DNA from: an uncultured bacterium
GTDB lineage: Bacteria; Babelota; Babeliae; Babelales; JABCYS01
Direction of reading: 5' to 3'
Assembly: GCA_963705705.1 (NCBI GenBank)
Contig: CAVPKK010000003.1
Location: 64,001 to 128,000, forward strand
DNA length: 64,000 bases
A program made the translations under genes and the position numbers. Each line of letters opens with the position of its first letter. Within the stretch, counting starts at the first letter, position 1. Of this stretch, positions 1-9,817 are shown one piece after another. The notes under the pieces were generated by a model. It ran no database searches. It was not told where the DNA came from and saw only the letters and a program-made list of their open reading frames with translations.

Positions 1-1
1 T

Positions 2-934
2 GCATTGCAGGTTGGCTCTCGTGTTAAGGGAACTATTTCAAGCATCACCGAATATGGCTTGTTTGTAGAACTGCTTAAAGGCGTTGAAGGACTTGTACAT
101 ATTTCTGAGGTTTCTTGGACCGAGAGAATTTCTGATCTACGCAAACATTATAAGGTTGGCGAAGAGATCGAAGTGCTTGTAGTTTCGGTTGATAAAGAAA
201 ATCGACGCATGTCATTGAGCGTCAAGCAGCTTGAACAAAATCCGTGGGAAGCTCTTACAAATGAACTACAGGTTGGTCAGCACATAAAAGGCGTGATAAG
301 CAACATCGCCGATTTCGGTATGTTTGTAACAATTAAGCCTGGCATTGATGGCTTAGTCCACGTATCAGATTTATCTTGGACCGATCACATCAACCATCCG
401 AGCGACCTGTATAAGAAAGGTCAAGAGATCGAAGTGGTTGTTCTTGGTATCGACCAAAATAGTAAAAAAGTATCATTGGGCATTAAGCAACTTACTCCTG
501 ATCCTTGGGAAACAATCGAACAAGAATACCCTCGGGGCACAATGGTTGATGGAACTGTTACAAAGATCACCTCATTTGGTGCCTTTGTGAAATTACCATC
601 TGGCATTGAAGGACTTATCCATAATTCAGAAGTGATTGTTCCTGCTGGCGGTAAAGTTGAAGATGTATTGCAAATCGGCCAAAAATATCAGTTCCGTGTA
701 ATTAATGTGAATCGTGAAGAACGTAAGATCGCATTGAGCATGCGTCCGGCAGATGCCGCTGGTTCAGAAGTTCGTGAAAACCGCGAGCGTCGTCCAAGCC
801 GCGAGCGTCGTCCGCAATATCAAGCCGAAACACAGGGTCCAAAACCTAAATCTCAGTTCCAGCTTGAGCTAGAACGTGCTATGGCATCACGCGGTGAGGC
901 TTCTCCTGAAGCGGGAAAAGAGGGTGAGGAATAG
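2..934 (+). CDS. rpsA: 30S ribosomal protein S1, C-terminal part (5'-truncated by window)
   Basis: Three tandem S1 repeats ([47 protein letters not shown]). Confidence 0.95.
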   Translation, partial: ALQVGSRVKGTISSITEYGLFVELLKGVEGLVHISEVSWTERISDLRKHYKVGEEIEVLVVSVDKENRRMSLSVKQLEQNPWEALTNELQVGQHIKGVISNIADFGMFVTIKPGIDGLVHVSDLSWTDHINHPSDLYKKGQEIEVVVLGIDQNSKKVSLGIKQLTPDPWETIEQEYPRGTMVDGTVTKITSFGAFVKLPSGIEGLIHNSEVIVPAGGKVEDVLQIGQKYQFRVINVNREERKIALSMRPADAAGSEVRENRERRPSRERRPQYQAETQGPKPKSQFQLELERAMASRGEASPEAGKEGEE

Positions 935-935
935 C

Positions 936-1364
936 ATGGCTATTGAACGTACCCTTGCCATCATTAAGCCTGATGCTATTCGCGCTAAAAATGCCGGCAA
1001 AATTATAGATATGATCGAAGCGCATGGATTTAATATCCTGCGCATGAAGAAGATGCAGTTAACGAAAGAACAAGCAGAAGAGTTTTATGCAGTGCATAAA
1101 GCTCGCTCATTCTTCGATGAATTGACCTCATTCATGATCAGTGGTCCAGTAATTGTAATGGCGCTTGAGAAAGAGAATGCTATTGCTGATTGGCGTAAGC
1201 TCATGGGCGAAACTAATCCAGCAAATGCTGCACCTGGCACGATCCGCAAGCTATTTGGTGCCAATATTGGCGATAATGCCGTACATGGTTCTGATAGCCC
1301 GGAAACTGCACAGTTTGAAGTTGGGTTCTTCTTTCCTGATCAGAAATCATCCTGCTGCAAATAG
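936..1364 (+). CDS. ndk: Nucleoside diphosphate kinase
   Basis: [27 protein letters not shown] motifs; start moved to ATG 936 just after the rpsA stop. Confidence 0.97.
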   Translation: MAIERTLAIIKPDAIRAKNAGKIIDMIEAHGFNILRMKKMQLTKEQAEEFYAVHKARSFFDELTSFMISGPVIVMALEKENAIADWRKLMGETNPANAAPGTIRKLFGANIGDNAVHGSDSPETAQFEVGFFFPDQKSSCCK

Positions 1365-1402
1365 ATCTCTCGATTAATATCTTTTGATTATTTTAGACAA
1401 AT

Positions 1403-1435
1403 AGGGCCGCTCATATGAGCGGCCCTTAATTTTTT
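1403..1435. terminator. Intrinsic terminator between convergent ndk and nusB
   Basis: Perfect palindrome AGGGCCGCTCATATGAGCGGCCCT followed by a T-run. Confidence 0.8.
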
Positions 1436-1473
1436 CTTGCTGAAAAACGTACTTATGATGTTTGTATTATTAA

Positions 1474-1541
1474 GCGGGACCTGGAGAGGTCGCAGCCCTC
1501 TCCTCCCAAGATGTTTGACGATCGAAGACTCAGGATGAGCG
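1474..1541. repeat. Compound palindromic repeat (GGAGAGG-TCGCAGC-CCTCTCC hairpin plus TCGAAGACTCAGGATGAGCG half-element)
   Basis: CTCAGGATGAGCG also occurs at 39828-39840; the hairpin resembles the GAGGGC..GCCCTC hairpin at 43481. Confidence 0.55.
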
Positions 1542-1561
1542 CTTGCGGGCTCTACTGTTAG

Positions 1562-2044
1562 TTAAGTAGAAACAGGTTCTTTTTCTGGTTGCTTACCAAG
1601 TCTTTTAAGAGCTTCATCAAGTACGCCGTTTACAAAACGATACGCATCTCGCTCAGAAAAGCATTTTGATAATTCAATAGCTTCATTAAGAATGATTTTG
1701 GGTTCAATGTTGGTATTGAGTAGTTCCCAAATTGCGAGGCGCAGTACTAACTTTGTACACGTACCCACGCGCTCAAGCCGCCAGTTGGAAAGGAGCGGCT
1801 TAATAAACTCATCAAGTTCATCTCGTTTATCGATAATTGCTTGAGCAATGCGAAACTCGTCACCATCAAGTTTTATATCTTGATCAAAGCCGCGATTCAT
1901 ATTGTCGATTATTGATGATAAAGAAATTTGATAATCGGTGGCATCTGCTGCGTAAAGCAAATGGAAAATAATGGCCCGCTTTTTGCGGGCCTCACTTATT
2001 TGTTCGTCGTTTTCAGTAGTGCAAGTTGTTTCGTCGGACATCAT
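1562..2044 (-). CDS. nusB: Transcription antitermination factor NusB
   Basis: WRLERV..LRLAIWEL..ILNEAIELSK.F...FVNGVLD; downstream of efp. Confidence 0.93.
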   Translation of the reverse strand: MMSDETTCTTENDEQISEARKKRAIIFHLLYAADATDYQISLSSIIDNMNRGFDQDIKLDGDEFRIAQAIIDKRDELDEFIKPLLSNWRLERVGTCTKLVLRLAIWELLNTNIEPKIILNEAIELSKCFSERDAYRFVNGVLDEALKRLGKQPEKEPVST

Positions 2045-2049
2045 ATTTG

Positions 2050-2622
2050 CTATCGTTTCTTCTCAGCGCGCTCGAGATATTTATTTTGCTCGGTGTTTAT
2101 TCTAATAATGTCGCCAGTTTCAACGAAGAGTGGTGCTTGAATAACCAGACCGGTTTCAAGAGTTACTGGCTTTGTGCCTGCACCTTGTGCAGTATCGCCC
2201 TTAACGCCAGGTGGTGCGTCGGTTACCTCTAGTTCCATCTGTTCAGGTGGTGCGATGGTTACCGGCTTGCCTTCAAAATAAAGAATTTTATAAACGATCT
2301 GTTCCTTGAGATAGTCTTTAACTTCTTCAATCTGTTTTTCGCTGAGCGCTACTTCATCAGCAGTCTTTTGGTCGAGGAAATTGTACATCTCGCCATCATT
2401 GTATAGATATTGCATTTCGCGATATTGAAGATCAGGCTTCTCAAACTTTTCATCAGAACGGAATGTCTCTTCGTGAATGAGTCCGGTGAGTAGGTTTTTA
2501 ACCCGCGTGCGCACCAAACCACCGCGCATAGCACGTTTATGGTGTTGGAAATCAATCACGATGTATGGTTGCTTATTGAGGAGGATTTTTAGACCTTTGC
2601 GAAAGTCACTAGTTGTTAGCAC
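2050..2622 (-). CDS. efp: Elongation factor P with atypical tip loop (KRAMRGG)
   Basis: SDFRKG, VRTRVKNLLTG, MQYLY, PGVKGDTA, LETG...PLFVETGD.I.INT; GTG start. Confidence 0.95.
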   Translation of the reverse strand: MLTTSDFRKGLKILLNKQPYIVIDFQHHKRAMRGGLVRTRVKNLLTGLIHEETFRSDEKFEKPDLQYREMQYLYNDGEMYNFLDQKTADEVALSEKQIEEVKDYLKEQIVYKILYFEGKPVTIAPPEQMELEVTDAPPGVKGDTAQGAGTKPVTLETGLVIQAPLFVETGDIIRINTEQNKYLERAEKKR

Positions 2623-2743
2623 GCGATTACCTTTCTGGATGTTTTTTTCAGGTCAGGTAAGTATAGAAAGAGATGGAAAAAATTCCAGTTTAAAGCCGAC
2701 CTGGTATTATCTGGTCCCGTCAATATATTCAAAAGGGAGCCTT

Positions 2744-4117
2744 ATGAATTTTTCTCTCAAGCGCCACCTACCAATCATTATCGCCGCTTTTCTCTTCATT
2801 ATTACTACTTGGTTTTTCTGGCCTGGTATGTTGTCAGAAGACGCAGCTGGTCAAATGCAGCAGGCATTTGCTGGCTTTTACACTGATCACCATCCGCCTA
2901 TGATGGCCTTTTATTGGCGGCTCTTGATGAAATTAGTACCGGGGCCGGGGCTATTATTCCTAACGCAACAGCTTTTCCTTTGGCTGGCGGTTGGCATTTT
3001 TGCCTATATTTTTGAATATTCACCCTGGCGGTGGTTTTTCCTAGCGTTACCGTTCTGGCCCCAAATATTTAGATACGAATTCTTTCTTCTAAAAGATGTG
3101 CAATTTACCTATTGCTTCCTGCTCATTGCAGCTCTGCTCAGCTACTATGCCGTGCGCCAAAGAAGACCGGGTTGGTTGGCAACTTCAGCCATTCTGCTGC
3201 TGGCTTTTTATGGCACGGCTATCAAATTTCAAGCACAGTTCGTTCTTCCGCTCATTACCCTCTGGCTAAGTTGCGTTTTATATCGTTCCAAAGAGGAAGA
3301 AAGTAAAACCAATATCGCTCGGCCTCTTGTTCTTGGGCTATTTCTGAGTGGGGGATTGTTATTCGGTGTGCATTCATTTAACGATGCGATGACCAATGTA
3401 AAAAATCATATGTGGCAAAGTGTTAAAATTTATGATTTAGCAGCAATGAGTTTGCAGGAAAATAGATCATTGTTTCCAGATTTTATTAATCAAAACCCGC
3501 TTTTTTCTATGGAAGCCGTGGCTGCGCGATACAATATAGAACGAGTCGATGATCTTTTTTATGATGATATAAGCAAGGGTGACGCACCTGGTCCATTACG
3601 AGCTGGAAATAATGAGGAAGAACGTAACGCATTATATGCGGCCTGGCTGAAGGCTGTTGTTACCAATCCCTTAGGATATATTCGTGCGCGCGCCGTCTTG
3701 TCTAATCGCTTAACAAGCTCCCCGTTGGGCAGGAGCTGTGGCGCAATTGCTGCGGATCCTACCGCTTCGCCATTATTGCGAAAGCTTATGCATGTCATTG
3801 ATCAAACAGGGGTTGAGCAATTATTGCGGCTTATTTTGTCATTCAAATTCTATTTAGCGCTCATGTTTTTATACATTGCATTGGCTTTGGCCTTTCCATT
3901 CTCGCGACATGCGCTTTCGTTGCTATTTTTAAACGCTTTAGGACTTGCAATTATTGGCGTCATTTTCTTTTGCTCGATGGCCACGGCGCCGCGTTATATT
4001 TATCTTGCTACCTGTTGCCACCATTTTTCTCATCCATTCTTTTTTAGTCTTATACGAGATCTGTGGCTGAAAAAACTAGCACGCGCTACGGAGGCTGTGG
4101 TAACTCGCACGAGTTAA
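2744..4117 (+). CDS. Polytopic membrane protein, putative GT-C-fold glycosyltransferase
   Basis: WPGMLSEDA..QMQQA...DHHPP loop after the first TM, many hydrophobic segments, one large soluble loop; SD-like GGGAG before ATG 2744. Confidence 0.6.
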   Translation: MNFSLKRHLPIIIAAFLFIITTWFFWPGMLSEDAAGQMQQAFAGFYTDHHPPMMAFYWRLLMKLVPGPGLLFLTQQLFLWLAVGIFAYIFEYSPWRWFFLALPFWPQIFRYEFFLLKDVQFTYCFLLIAALLSYYAVRQRRPGWLATSAILLLAFYGTAIKFQAQFVLPLITLWLSCVLYRSKEEESKTNIARPLVLGLFLSGGLLFGVHSFNDAMTNVKNHMWQSVKIYDLAAMSLQENRSLFPDFINQNPLFSMEAVAARYNIERVDDLFYDDISKGDAPGPLRAGNNEEERNALYAAWLKAVVTNPLGYIRARAVLSNRLTSSPLGRSCGAIAADPTASPLLRKLMHVIDQTGVEQLLRLILSFKFYLALMFLYIALALAFPFSRHALSLLFLNALGLAIIGVIFFCSMATAPRYIYLATCCHHFSHPFFFSLIRDLWLKKLARATEAVVTRTS

Positions 4118-4118
4118 C

Positions 4119-5282
4119 TCATTTCGCAATGGCATAGTTAAAACTTATAAGGCCAAATAAGCCCGCAAACGCAATAAATCCATATAAATAGGATGTTATT
4201 GGAATAGCTATAATCCCTGGCAATGCACTCCAACCAAGCGCGACAGCGAAGGCTAGCAAAACCTGCCAAGGCAGTGGCCTATACCAAGCCGCCAACAAGC
4301 CGATATTGGCAAAAAGAATTAGGTAAAATAAAAGAACGCCACTTTTTGCGGCATAGGTAGTAATTACAAACCATGGGTTTTTTCGAACAATATCCATATA
4401 TTCAGCCTTGGCTACACGTTCGTATTCAGGTGACGATTCTCGGGTCCATGATGCATTTCGCTCGGCAACCTTTTTCGCAATTGCGCCATCCAGATAGGAA
4501 AGCCCATATTCATTATTAAGATATCCAAGGCCGCCTAGGGCAGGATGCCAAAATCCATGAAACTGATGGATATCCGTGTGATCGGGTGCATGAGCCTTAA
4601 CGAATTTTTCATAGCGATGATTCGCATACATAAAATAGCCATACGTGATAGTGAGGCCAGCAAACAAAAAGCCTAGGCCAATTGCAGCAGATCCTATTCT
4701 TTTTGATTTATACGATTGAGCGATCAAAAGGGTAATTGCAAATAATAATGCAGCTACGCCTGCATGTGCGCGAATGAAATTGGCACAGCCGGCCGCAATG
4801 CCCAACAAAAAAAGGAAGGCATATGCCGATTTTGTCAGATTTCTTTGAAGAAGATATAACGCCCACGGGATAGTGGCTATGGCGAGGGCTGCTGGGACGC
4901 GATAGAGATCGAGTGCACCGGTCGTTACCTTGGTAAGGATGAGCAGATATCCGACAGCTATAACTCGTTGATAGTTTTTGTTGAAAAGGTAGATGCAGCT
5001 TATGCTGCCAATCAGCAGGCCGCCAATACTCATGCCGTTGAAAAAGAGTGAGATCGCATCATCAAGTGATAGATGAAACAACTGCATGAGCTTGGGGACC
5101 AGAATATATAAGCCAACATCGTCGGCATTAAGAAGGGGTTTAAATTGGCCATCCGCGGTTTTTGCCAGAAATGGCAGGCCGGTTTCATAATAAGCAGGTA
5201 ACATATCTCGTAATAAGTCATATCTGACTGGCATAAGTTGCGTTTTTGCCCCAAAGAAGAGTTGGAAGAAGGTATTAAACAT
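4119..5282 (-). CDS. Polytopic membrane protein, possibly GT-C-like
   Basis: Acidic N-loop (DDVG), multiple TM segments, soluble loop FWHP..GLGY; convergent with 2744-4117. Confidence 0.45.
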   Translation of the reverse strand: MFNTFFQLFFGAKTQLMPVRYDLLRDMLPAYYETGLPFLAKTADGQFKPLLNADDVGLYILVPKLMQLFHLSLDDAISLFFNGMSIGGLLIGSISCIYLFNKNYQRVIAVGYLLILTKVTTGALDLYRVPAALAIATIPWALYLLQRNLTKSAYAFLFLLGIAAGCANFIRAHAGVAALLFAITLLIAQSYKSKRIGSAAIGLGFLFAGLTITYGYFMYANHRYEKFVKAHAPDHTDIHQFHGFWHPALGGLGYLNNEYGLSYLDGAIAKKVAERNASWTRESSPEYERVAKAEYMDIVRKNPWFVITTYAAKSGVLLFYLILFANIGLLAAWYRPLPWQVLLAFAVALGWSALPGIIAIPITSYLYGFIAFAGLFGLISFNYAIAK

Positions 5283-5441
5283 TTATTTGATCCCTTTAAT
5301 AGTCATTTGCTAGATTCATCGCTCTTTTGCAGATCATAAGAGTTTTTATCCAAAGTACCAGGATTAAGGGAGTCCAGGGTTATAGGGCCGGTTTTTCACT
5401 GTACATAAGGTATTTTGGGATGAGGTAGGGCCCTAGACCAT

Positions 5442-5470
5442 TAGACTTAAGGGGGCATTTAGGCTAGATT
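5442..5470 (+). promoter_or_regulatory. Putative sigma70 promoter of the RRM gene
   Basis: TAGACT-N17-TAGATT. Confidence 0.4.
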
Positions 5471-5496
5471 GCTACCTGTAGTTCTTAATATTTGCC

Positions 5497-5557
5497 AAGC
5501 GAGTCGGGAAATTTATTTCCCAATAAGCGCAGCGATATAAAGGTGGCGTCAGCCACC
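5497..5557 (+). ncRNA. Candidate structured leader motif, copy 1
   Basis: AAGCGAGTC-GGGAAA(TTTA)TTTCCC..GCGCAGCGA..GGTGGC(GTCA)GCCACC; a second copy lies upstream of groES. Confidence 0.55.
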
Positions 5558-5638
5558 AAATACCTACCGATGATGCGCCATATAGTTTGGCTTCATTGAA
5601 TTTCTTTTATTTCTTTTTTTTTAAAGGTACAACCGTAC

Positions 5639-6004
5639 ATGAACATCTATGTAGGCAACCTGCCACCTTCAGTTAGTGAAGATACCCTTCGTTCCTTGTT
5701 CGCGGCCTATGGCCAAATTAGCTCCGTACGCATCATCAAGGATAAATTTTCTGGTCAACCTCGCGGTTTTGGTTTCGTTGAAATGGCTGACAACGGCGAA
5801 GCAGAAACAGCAATTGCACAATTAAACGGTGCAGAACTTGAAGGTTCACGCCTTCGTGTTAATGAAGCTCGCCCACCACAAGCTCGTCCTATGGGCGGTG
5901 GTAGCAGCCGTGGCCCAAGAAGCTTTGATCGTGGCTCATCTCGCCCTATGGGTGGTGGTGGACGCGGTGGTTTCGGCGGCAGCCGTGGCGGTGACCGTTA
6001 CTAA
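5639..6004 (+). CDS. RRM RNA-binding protein with Gly/Arg-rich tail
   Basis: RNP2 IYVGNL, RNP1 RGFGFVEM, LRVNEARP, GGRGG tail. Confidence 0.93.
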   Translation: MNIYVGNLPPSVSEDTLRSLFAAYGQISSVRIIKDKFSGQPRGFGFVEMADNGEAETAIAQLNGAELEGSRLRVNEARPPQARPMGGGSSRGPRSFDRGSSRPMGGGGRGGFGGSRGGDRY

Positions 6005-6057
6005 GTAACATACGCTTTAGGGCATGATAACATCATGATCTAAGCGCACCAAAGAAC

Positions 6058-6093
6058 AAAAAGACTCTCGTAGCAATACGAGGGTCTTTTTTT
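6058..6093 (+). terminator. Intrinsic terminator
   Basis: AAAAAGACTCTCGTA-GCAA-TACGAGGGTCTTTTTTT. Confidence 0.88.
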
Positions 6094-6213
6094 ATGCGCA
6101 TTGTTGAAAAAATTAAAATGCATTAGCTTTTAGATAGAGTTAAAATACAGGTTGCAGGAAGAATCCGTGCGTATCTAGTCCTGGGTTGATGAAGAAATTC
6201 TTGAGGAAGAGTG

Positions 6214-7095
6214 ATGATATTTACAAAAAAATCCTATATTGCTGGCCTTCTTTTTTTTACGATGTCCCTTGGGGCGGAGAAATATGTTATTGGTTGTTGG
6301 AATGCTGGTTTTTTTTCTACTTTTTTAGGAGTATTAAATCAGCTTGATTGGTGCGAAAAAAATAATCTTACGCCGACGGTTTATTGGAACAATTCTTGTA
6401 ACTTCGCATGTCAGGGTACAAATTGTATTGCCAATAATTGGGAGAATTATTTTGAACCTGTTTCTTCTCTAGTATATAGTCCGGGAGATCTCATTCACAA
6501 TCAGTATGAAGCACCAAATGGCATGAGCACCTTTTTCATGGGAAATAATAGCAAGGATAGTCGAAGCTTGGCTAATTCGCTTATCTTAAAATATATCAAA
6601 ATAAAGCCGGCCATTTTAGAAAAAATTGATTTGTTTTATGACACGTATATGCGGGGGAAAAAAACAATCGGCTTGCACATACGCGGTACTGACAAACCTA
6701 AGGAAATTAAACAAGTACCTTTAGATCAAATCATTAATGAATCACTCAAATATGCAGATGAGACAACTCAATTTTTTATCGCGAGTGAAGACCTCAAATT
6801 ATTTGAACAAGCCAAAATGAAACTCAATGGAAAAGTTGTTATATCGCAAGATTGCATTCGCATTACTTGTCCTGCCTGGTTATGCGTAAACGATAGGGTG
6901 ACTATCGGCCAAGAAGTACTTATTGATGCAATTTTACTATCGCGTTGCGATAGACTTATTCATACCGCATCAAATGTGTCCACGGCTGCTTTATTTTTTA
7001 ATAAAGATTTACCAAATACTATGCTGTCGAAAAAAGGATTTGTTTGCGGTGATAGCGATTTGGATAACGATGTAGGTTCATGCATATATGATTAG
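6214..7095 (+). CDS. NodZ/GT23-like fucosyltransferase with signal peptide
   Basis: AGFFS, NNWENYFEP, IGLHIRGTDK, FFIASED, LLSRCD.LIHT.SNVS; N-terminus KKSYIAGLLFFTMSLGA. Confidence 0.75.
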   Translation: MIFTKKSYIAGLLFFTMSLGAEKYVIGCWNAGFFSTFLGVLNQLDWCEKNNLTPTVYWNNSCNFACQGTNCIANNWENYFEPVSSLVYSPGDLIHNQYEAPNGMSTFFMGNNSKDSRSLANSLILKYIKIKPAILEKIDLFYDTYMRGKKTIGLHIRGTDKPKEIKQVPLDQIINESLKYADETTQFFIASEDLKLFEQAKMKLNGKVVISQDCIRITCPAWLCVNDRVTIGQEVLIDAILLSRCDRLIHTASNVSTAALFFNKDLPNTMLSKKGFVCGDSDLDNDVGSCIYD

Positions 7096-7119
7096 CGTAA
7101 TCAATCTTCTATTTTTGAA

Positions 7120-8355
7120 TCAAGCGTAATTTTGTGCAAAAACAGGAAATTCTGAAATGAAGCTTTTTACTTCACGAGCAATCTGTGCCAATCGATCGGG
7201 TTCAGCACGATAGGTAATTGCATCATCAACAAATTCAGCGATCTTTGTCATATGGTCAGTTTTTAATCCACGTGTGGTAATTGCCGGTGTTCCAAATCTG
7301 ATGCCGCTGGTAACAATAGGTGGGCTCGGGTCGAACGGGATGGTGCTGCGGCTTGCGGTGATGCCGACTGAAGCCAATAACTTTTCTGCATCGCGCCCCG
7401 AAATATTTTTTGATCGCAGATCTAGAATAAATAAGTGATTTTTGGTGCCGCCGCTTACTAAGCGGTAACCGCGTTGTTTGAACTGTTCTGCAAATTCTTG
7501 CGCGTTAAGCAAAATCTGTTTTTGATATTCAACGAACGCTACCGTCTGTGCCTCTGCAAATCCGACGGCTTTAGCAGCAATTACATTCATGAACGGACCT
7601 CCCTGAATGCCAGGCATTACCGCCTTATCAATGGCGGGGCCATGATCTTTCTTGGCCAGTATGAATGCACCGCGCGGACCGCGTAACGTTTTGTGTGTAG
7701 TACTCGTCACAATATCAGCATGAGGTATCGGATCAGGGTGCAATTTTGCGGCCACTAATCCGGCGATATGCGCCATATCAAATAAAAAGTAAGCTCCGAT
7801 TGATTTAGCAATCTGCTCAAATCGTTTGGGATCTATGAACTGCGGATATGCTGAAGCGCCAGCGATAATAAGGCGAGGTTTATGCTGCTGCGCGAGCCGT
7901 TCAATCTCTTCATAATTCAACTGCTCAGTTTCAGCATCAACCGTATAATGAACTGCCTTATAAAATGTGCCAGAGAAATTAAGTGGCATGCCGTGAGTTA
8001 AATGGCCACCGCTGCTCAGACTCATCCCCATGATAGTATCGCCTGGTCTTAATAATGCAAAATATGCTGCCTGGTTTGCTTGCGATCCTGCGTGCGACTG
8101 TACATTTGCAAATTCAGCGCCAAATAAATTTTTGCAGCGATCGATTGCTACCAACTCAACCTGGTCGACTACCTCGCAACCAGCATAATATCGTTTGCCA
8201 GGGTATCCTTCTGCATATTTATTGGTGAGTACTGAAGCAGAAGCTTCCCGTACCGAAGAACTCGTATAGTTTTCGGAAGCTATCAGATTGATGGTAGTGC
8301 GCTGCCGCTCTTCCTCTTGAGCAATGAGTTGTGCAATTTGAGGATCATTGATCAT
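7120..8355 (-). CDS. glyA: Serine hydroxymethyltransferase
   Basis: LIASENY, NKYAEGYPGKRYY, GGHLTHG, TTHKTLRGPRG. Confidence 0.98.
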   Translation of the reverse strand: MINDPQIAQLIAQEEERQRTTINLIASENYTSSSVREASASVLTNKYAEGYPGKRYYAGCEVVDQVELVAIDRCKNLFGAEFANVQSHAGSQANQAAYFALLRPGDTIMGMSLSSGGHLTHGMPLNFSGTFYKAVHYTVDAETEQLNYEEIERLAQQHKPRLIIAGASAYPQFIDPKRFEQIAKSIGAYFLFDMAHIAGLVAAKLHPDPIPHADIVTSTTHKTLRGPRGAFILAKKDHGPAIDKAVMPGIQGGPFMNVIAAKAVGFAEAQTVAFVEYQKQILLNAQEFAEQFKQRGYRLVSGGTKNHLFILDLRSKNISGRDAEKLLASVGITASRSTIPFDPSPPIVTSGIRFGTPAITTRGLKTDHMTKIAEFVDDAITYRAEPDRLAQIAREVKSFISEFPVFAQNYA

Positions 8356-8675
8356 GATTTCTTAATGGCAAATGCGCAAATAGCAAACATTTTGAGATCG
8401 CCTGCACCAGTATTTTTTATGTTATAGGTTGTGCCAGTTGGTAATAGAATAAGGTCATCGGGTAGGAAAGTTTCTGCGTTACCATCAATGACAATGGCGC
8501 CCTGGCCTTCCACAATGACATATAGTTTATCTTTATCTTGGTGTGCTTTTTGGCCTGTTTCTTGGCCCGCATGCAGCGATATTAAATATAAGTCGCTGAA
8601 TTTGCCCGAAGCAATTTCTTTGGTTGTTTGCGTATTTTCAATTGCCAGATCATATACGTTGCTATGAAATATCAT
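8352..8675 (-). CDS. Cupin domain protein
   Basis: Cupin-like H..KDKLYVIVEGQG...D.ILLP.GT.YNIKNTG..DLK; overlaps the glyA start. Confidence 0.75.
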   Translation of the reverse strand: MIFHSNVYDLAIENTQTTKEIASGKFSDLYLISLHAGQETGQKAHQDKDKLYVIVEGQGAIVIDGNAETFLPDDLILLPTGTTYNIKNTGAGDLKMFAICAFAIKKS

Positions 8676-8762
8676 TTTGAATTTCCTTTCTTTCCAGATG
8701 ATTAGAATAAAGCTCTTCTGAACCGCACGCTCAGAGTACAATAAATTGTAAACTCATGCCAC

Positions 8763-9671
8763 CTATTCCTGCTGCCCTTGGTGCGACTTGCCAACCGTTT
8801 TTGCAATTATATACAGCGGTCGGTGCCGAGCCTGCTCATATATGCGAATGATATACTCGCCTAATAACCAAAACATGAAAAATTGTATGCCCAGTATCAT
8901 ACAGATTGCGGCTGCCAACCACGCTGATGTAAGCAAGCTAATGATAGTGCTTATACAAAAAAGGATGCCTAAATAGAACGGAATTTTGACGGGAAAGCGA
9001 GAAAATCCAACAATTGCGTCGAATGCAATGCCACATAGTTGTTTCCATGAATAAGCGGTTTGGCCGTGCGCACGTTCTGGTTGGTCAAAATCTACATAAG
9101 TACTTTCAAATCCCGTCCAAGCAATCAGCCCGCGCAAAAAGCGAGAGCGCTCTGGCAAGGTATTAATCACATCAATAACACAGCGATCTATCAGAATGAA
9201 ATAGCCAATATGCTGGGGCATAGTAATGTCTGAGATACTATAAATCAGTTTATTAAACCAATGAGAAGTTATTTTTTTAAGCCAGCGGTCATGGCTTGCG
9301 GTGCGGCGTGCATATACAATGCGAGGGCCGGATTGCCAGGCTGCTAATAGGTGAGGAATAAGCTCAGGGGGATTTTGCATGTCGGTATCCATGGAAATGG
9401 CTGCCTCTCCACGTGCGGCGTGGTATCCAGCAGTAAGTGCCATTTGTTGACTGAAGTTGCGGCTAAAATTAATACCACAAATTCGTGAGTCTTTGGATGC
9501 CAGATTTTCGATGATGTGCCACGAGTTATCGCTGCTCCCATCATTTACGAAAATGAATTCAAAATCATAACCTTTTAAAGATGACACAGCATCGGCTAAT
9601 GCGTCATAAAATAGAGGAAGGTTTTTTTCTTCATTATAAACGGGCAGAATGATCGAAATGAGTTTCTTCAC
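8763..9671 (-). CDS. GT2 polyprenyl-phosphate glycosyltransferase (GtrB/ArnC-like)
   Basis: ISIILPVYNEE, FVNDGSSD, FSRNFSQQ.A..AG, DTDMQNPP, two C-terminal TMs, LGEYI.RIY...RPLYI; start uncertain (9671 or 9689). Confidence 0.88.
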   Translation of the reverse strand: MKKLISIILPVYNEEKNLPLFYDALADAVSSLKGYDFEFIFVNDGSSDNSWHIIENLASKDSRICGINFSRNFSQQMALTAGYHAARGEAAISMDTDMQNPPELIPHLLAAWQSGPRIVYARRTASHDRWLKKITSHWFNKLIYSISDITMPQHIGYFILIDRCVIDVINTLPERSRFLRGLIAWTGFESTYVDFDQPERAHGQTAYSWKQLCGIAFDAIVGFSRFPVKIPFYLGILFCISTIISLLTSAWLAAAICMILGIQFFMFWLLGEYIIRIYEQARHRPLYIIAKTVGKSHQGQQE

Positions 9672-9817
9672 TTTTATAGTCCAAATCACAGCAATAGGTT
9701 GGTTATGAGTCTACATTAGGGCACGCCCGATAACAATGATAGTGATAAGGTGTTTTCTTGACATGCACTGTGGCAATGTCAGGATTGTTCGAAAATCTAT
9801 TCTTTAACAGAAAACCT

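Noticed and set aside
782..813. Short direct repeat CGCGAGCGTCGTCC x2 in rpsA
   Set aside because: Encodes the low-complexity tail [11 protein letters not shown]; only two units, not an array
2477..2743. N-terminal 89 aa of the 546-aa ORF
   Set aside because: Overlaps efp on the opposite strand; an SD and the first TM helix support a start at 2744
7120..8675. glyA and cupin as functional parts of the glycan island
   Set aside because: Ordinary cytoplasmic proteins without leaders; only position links them
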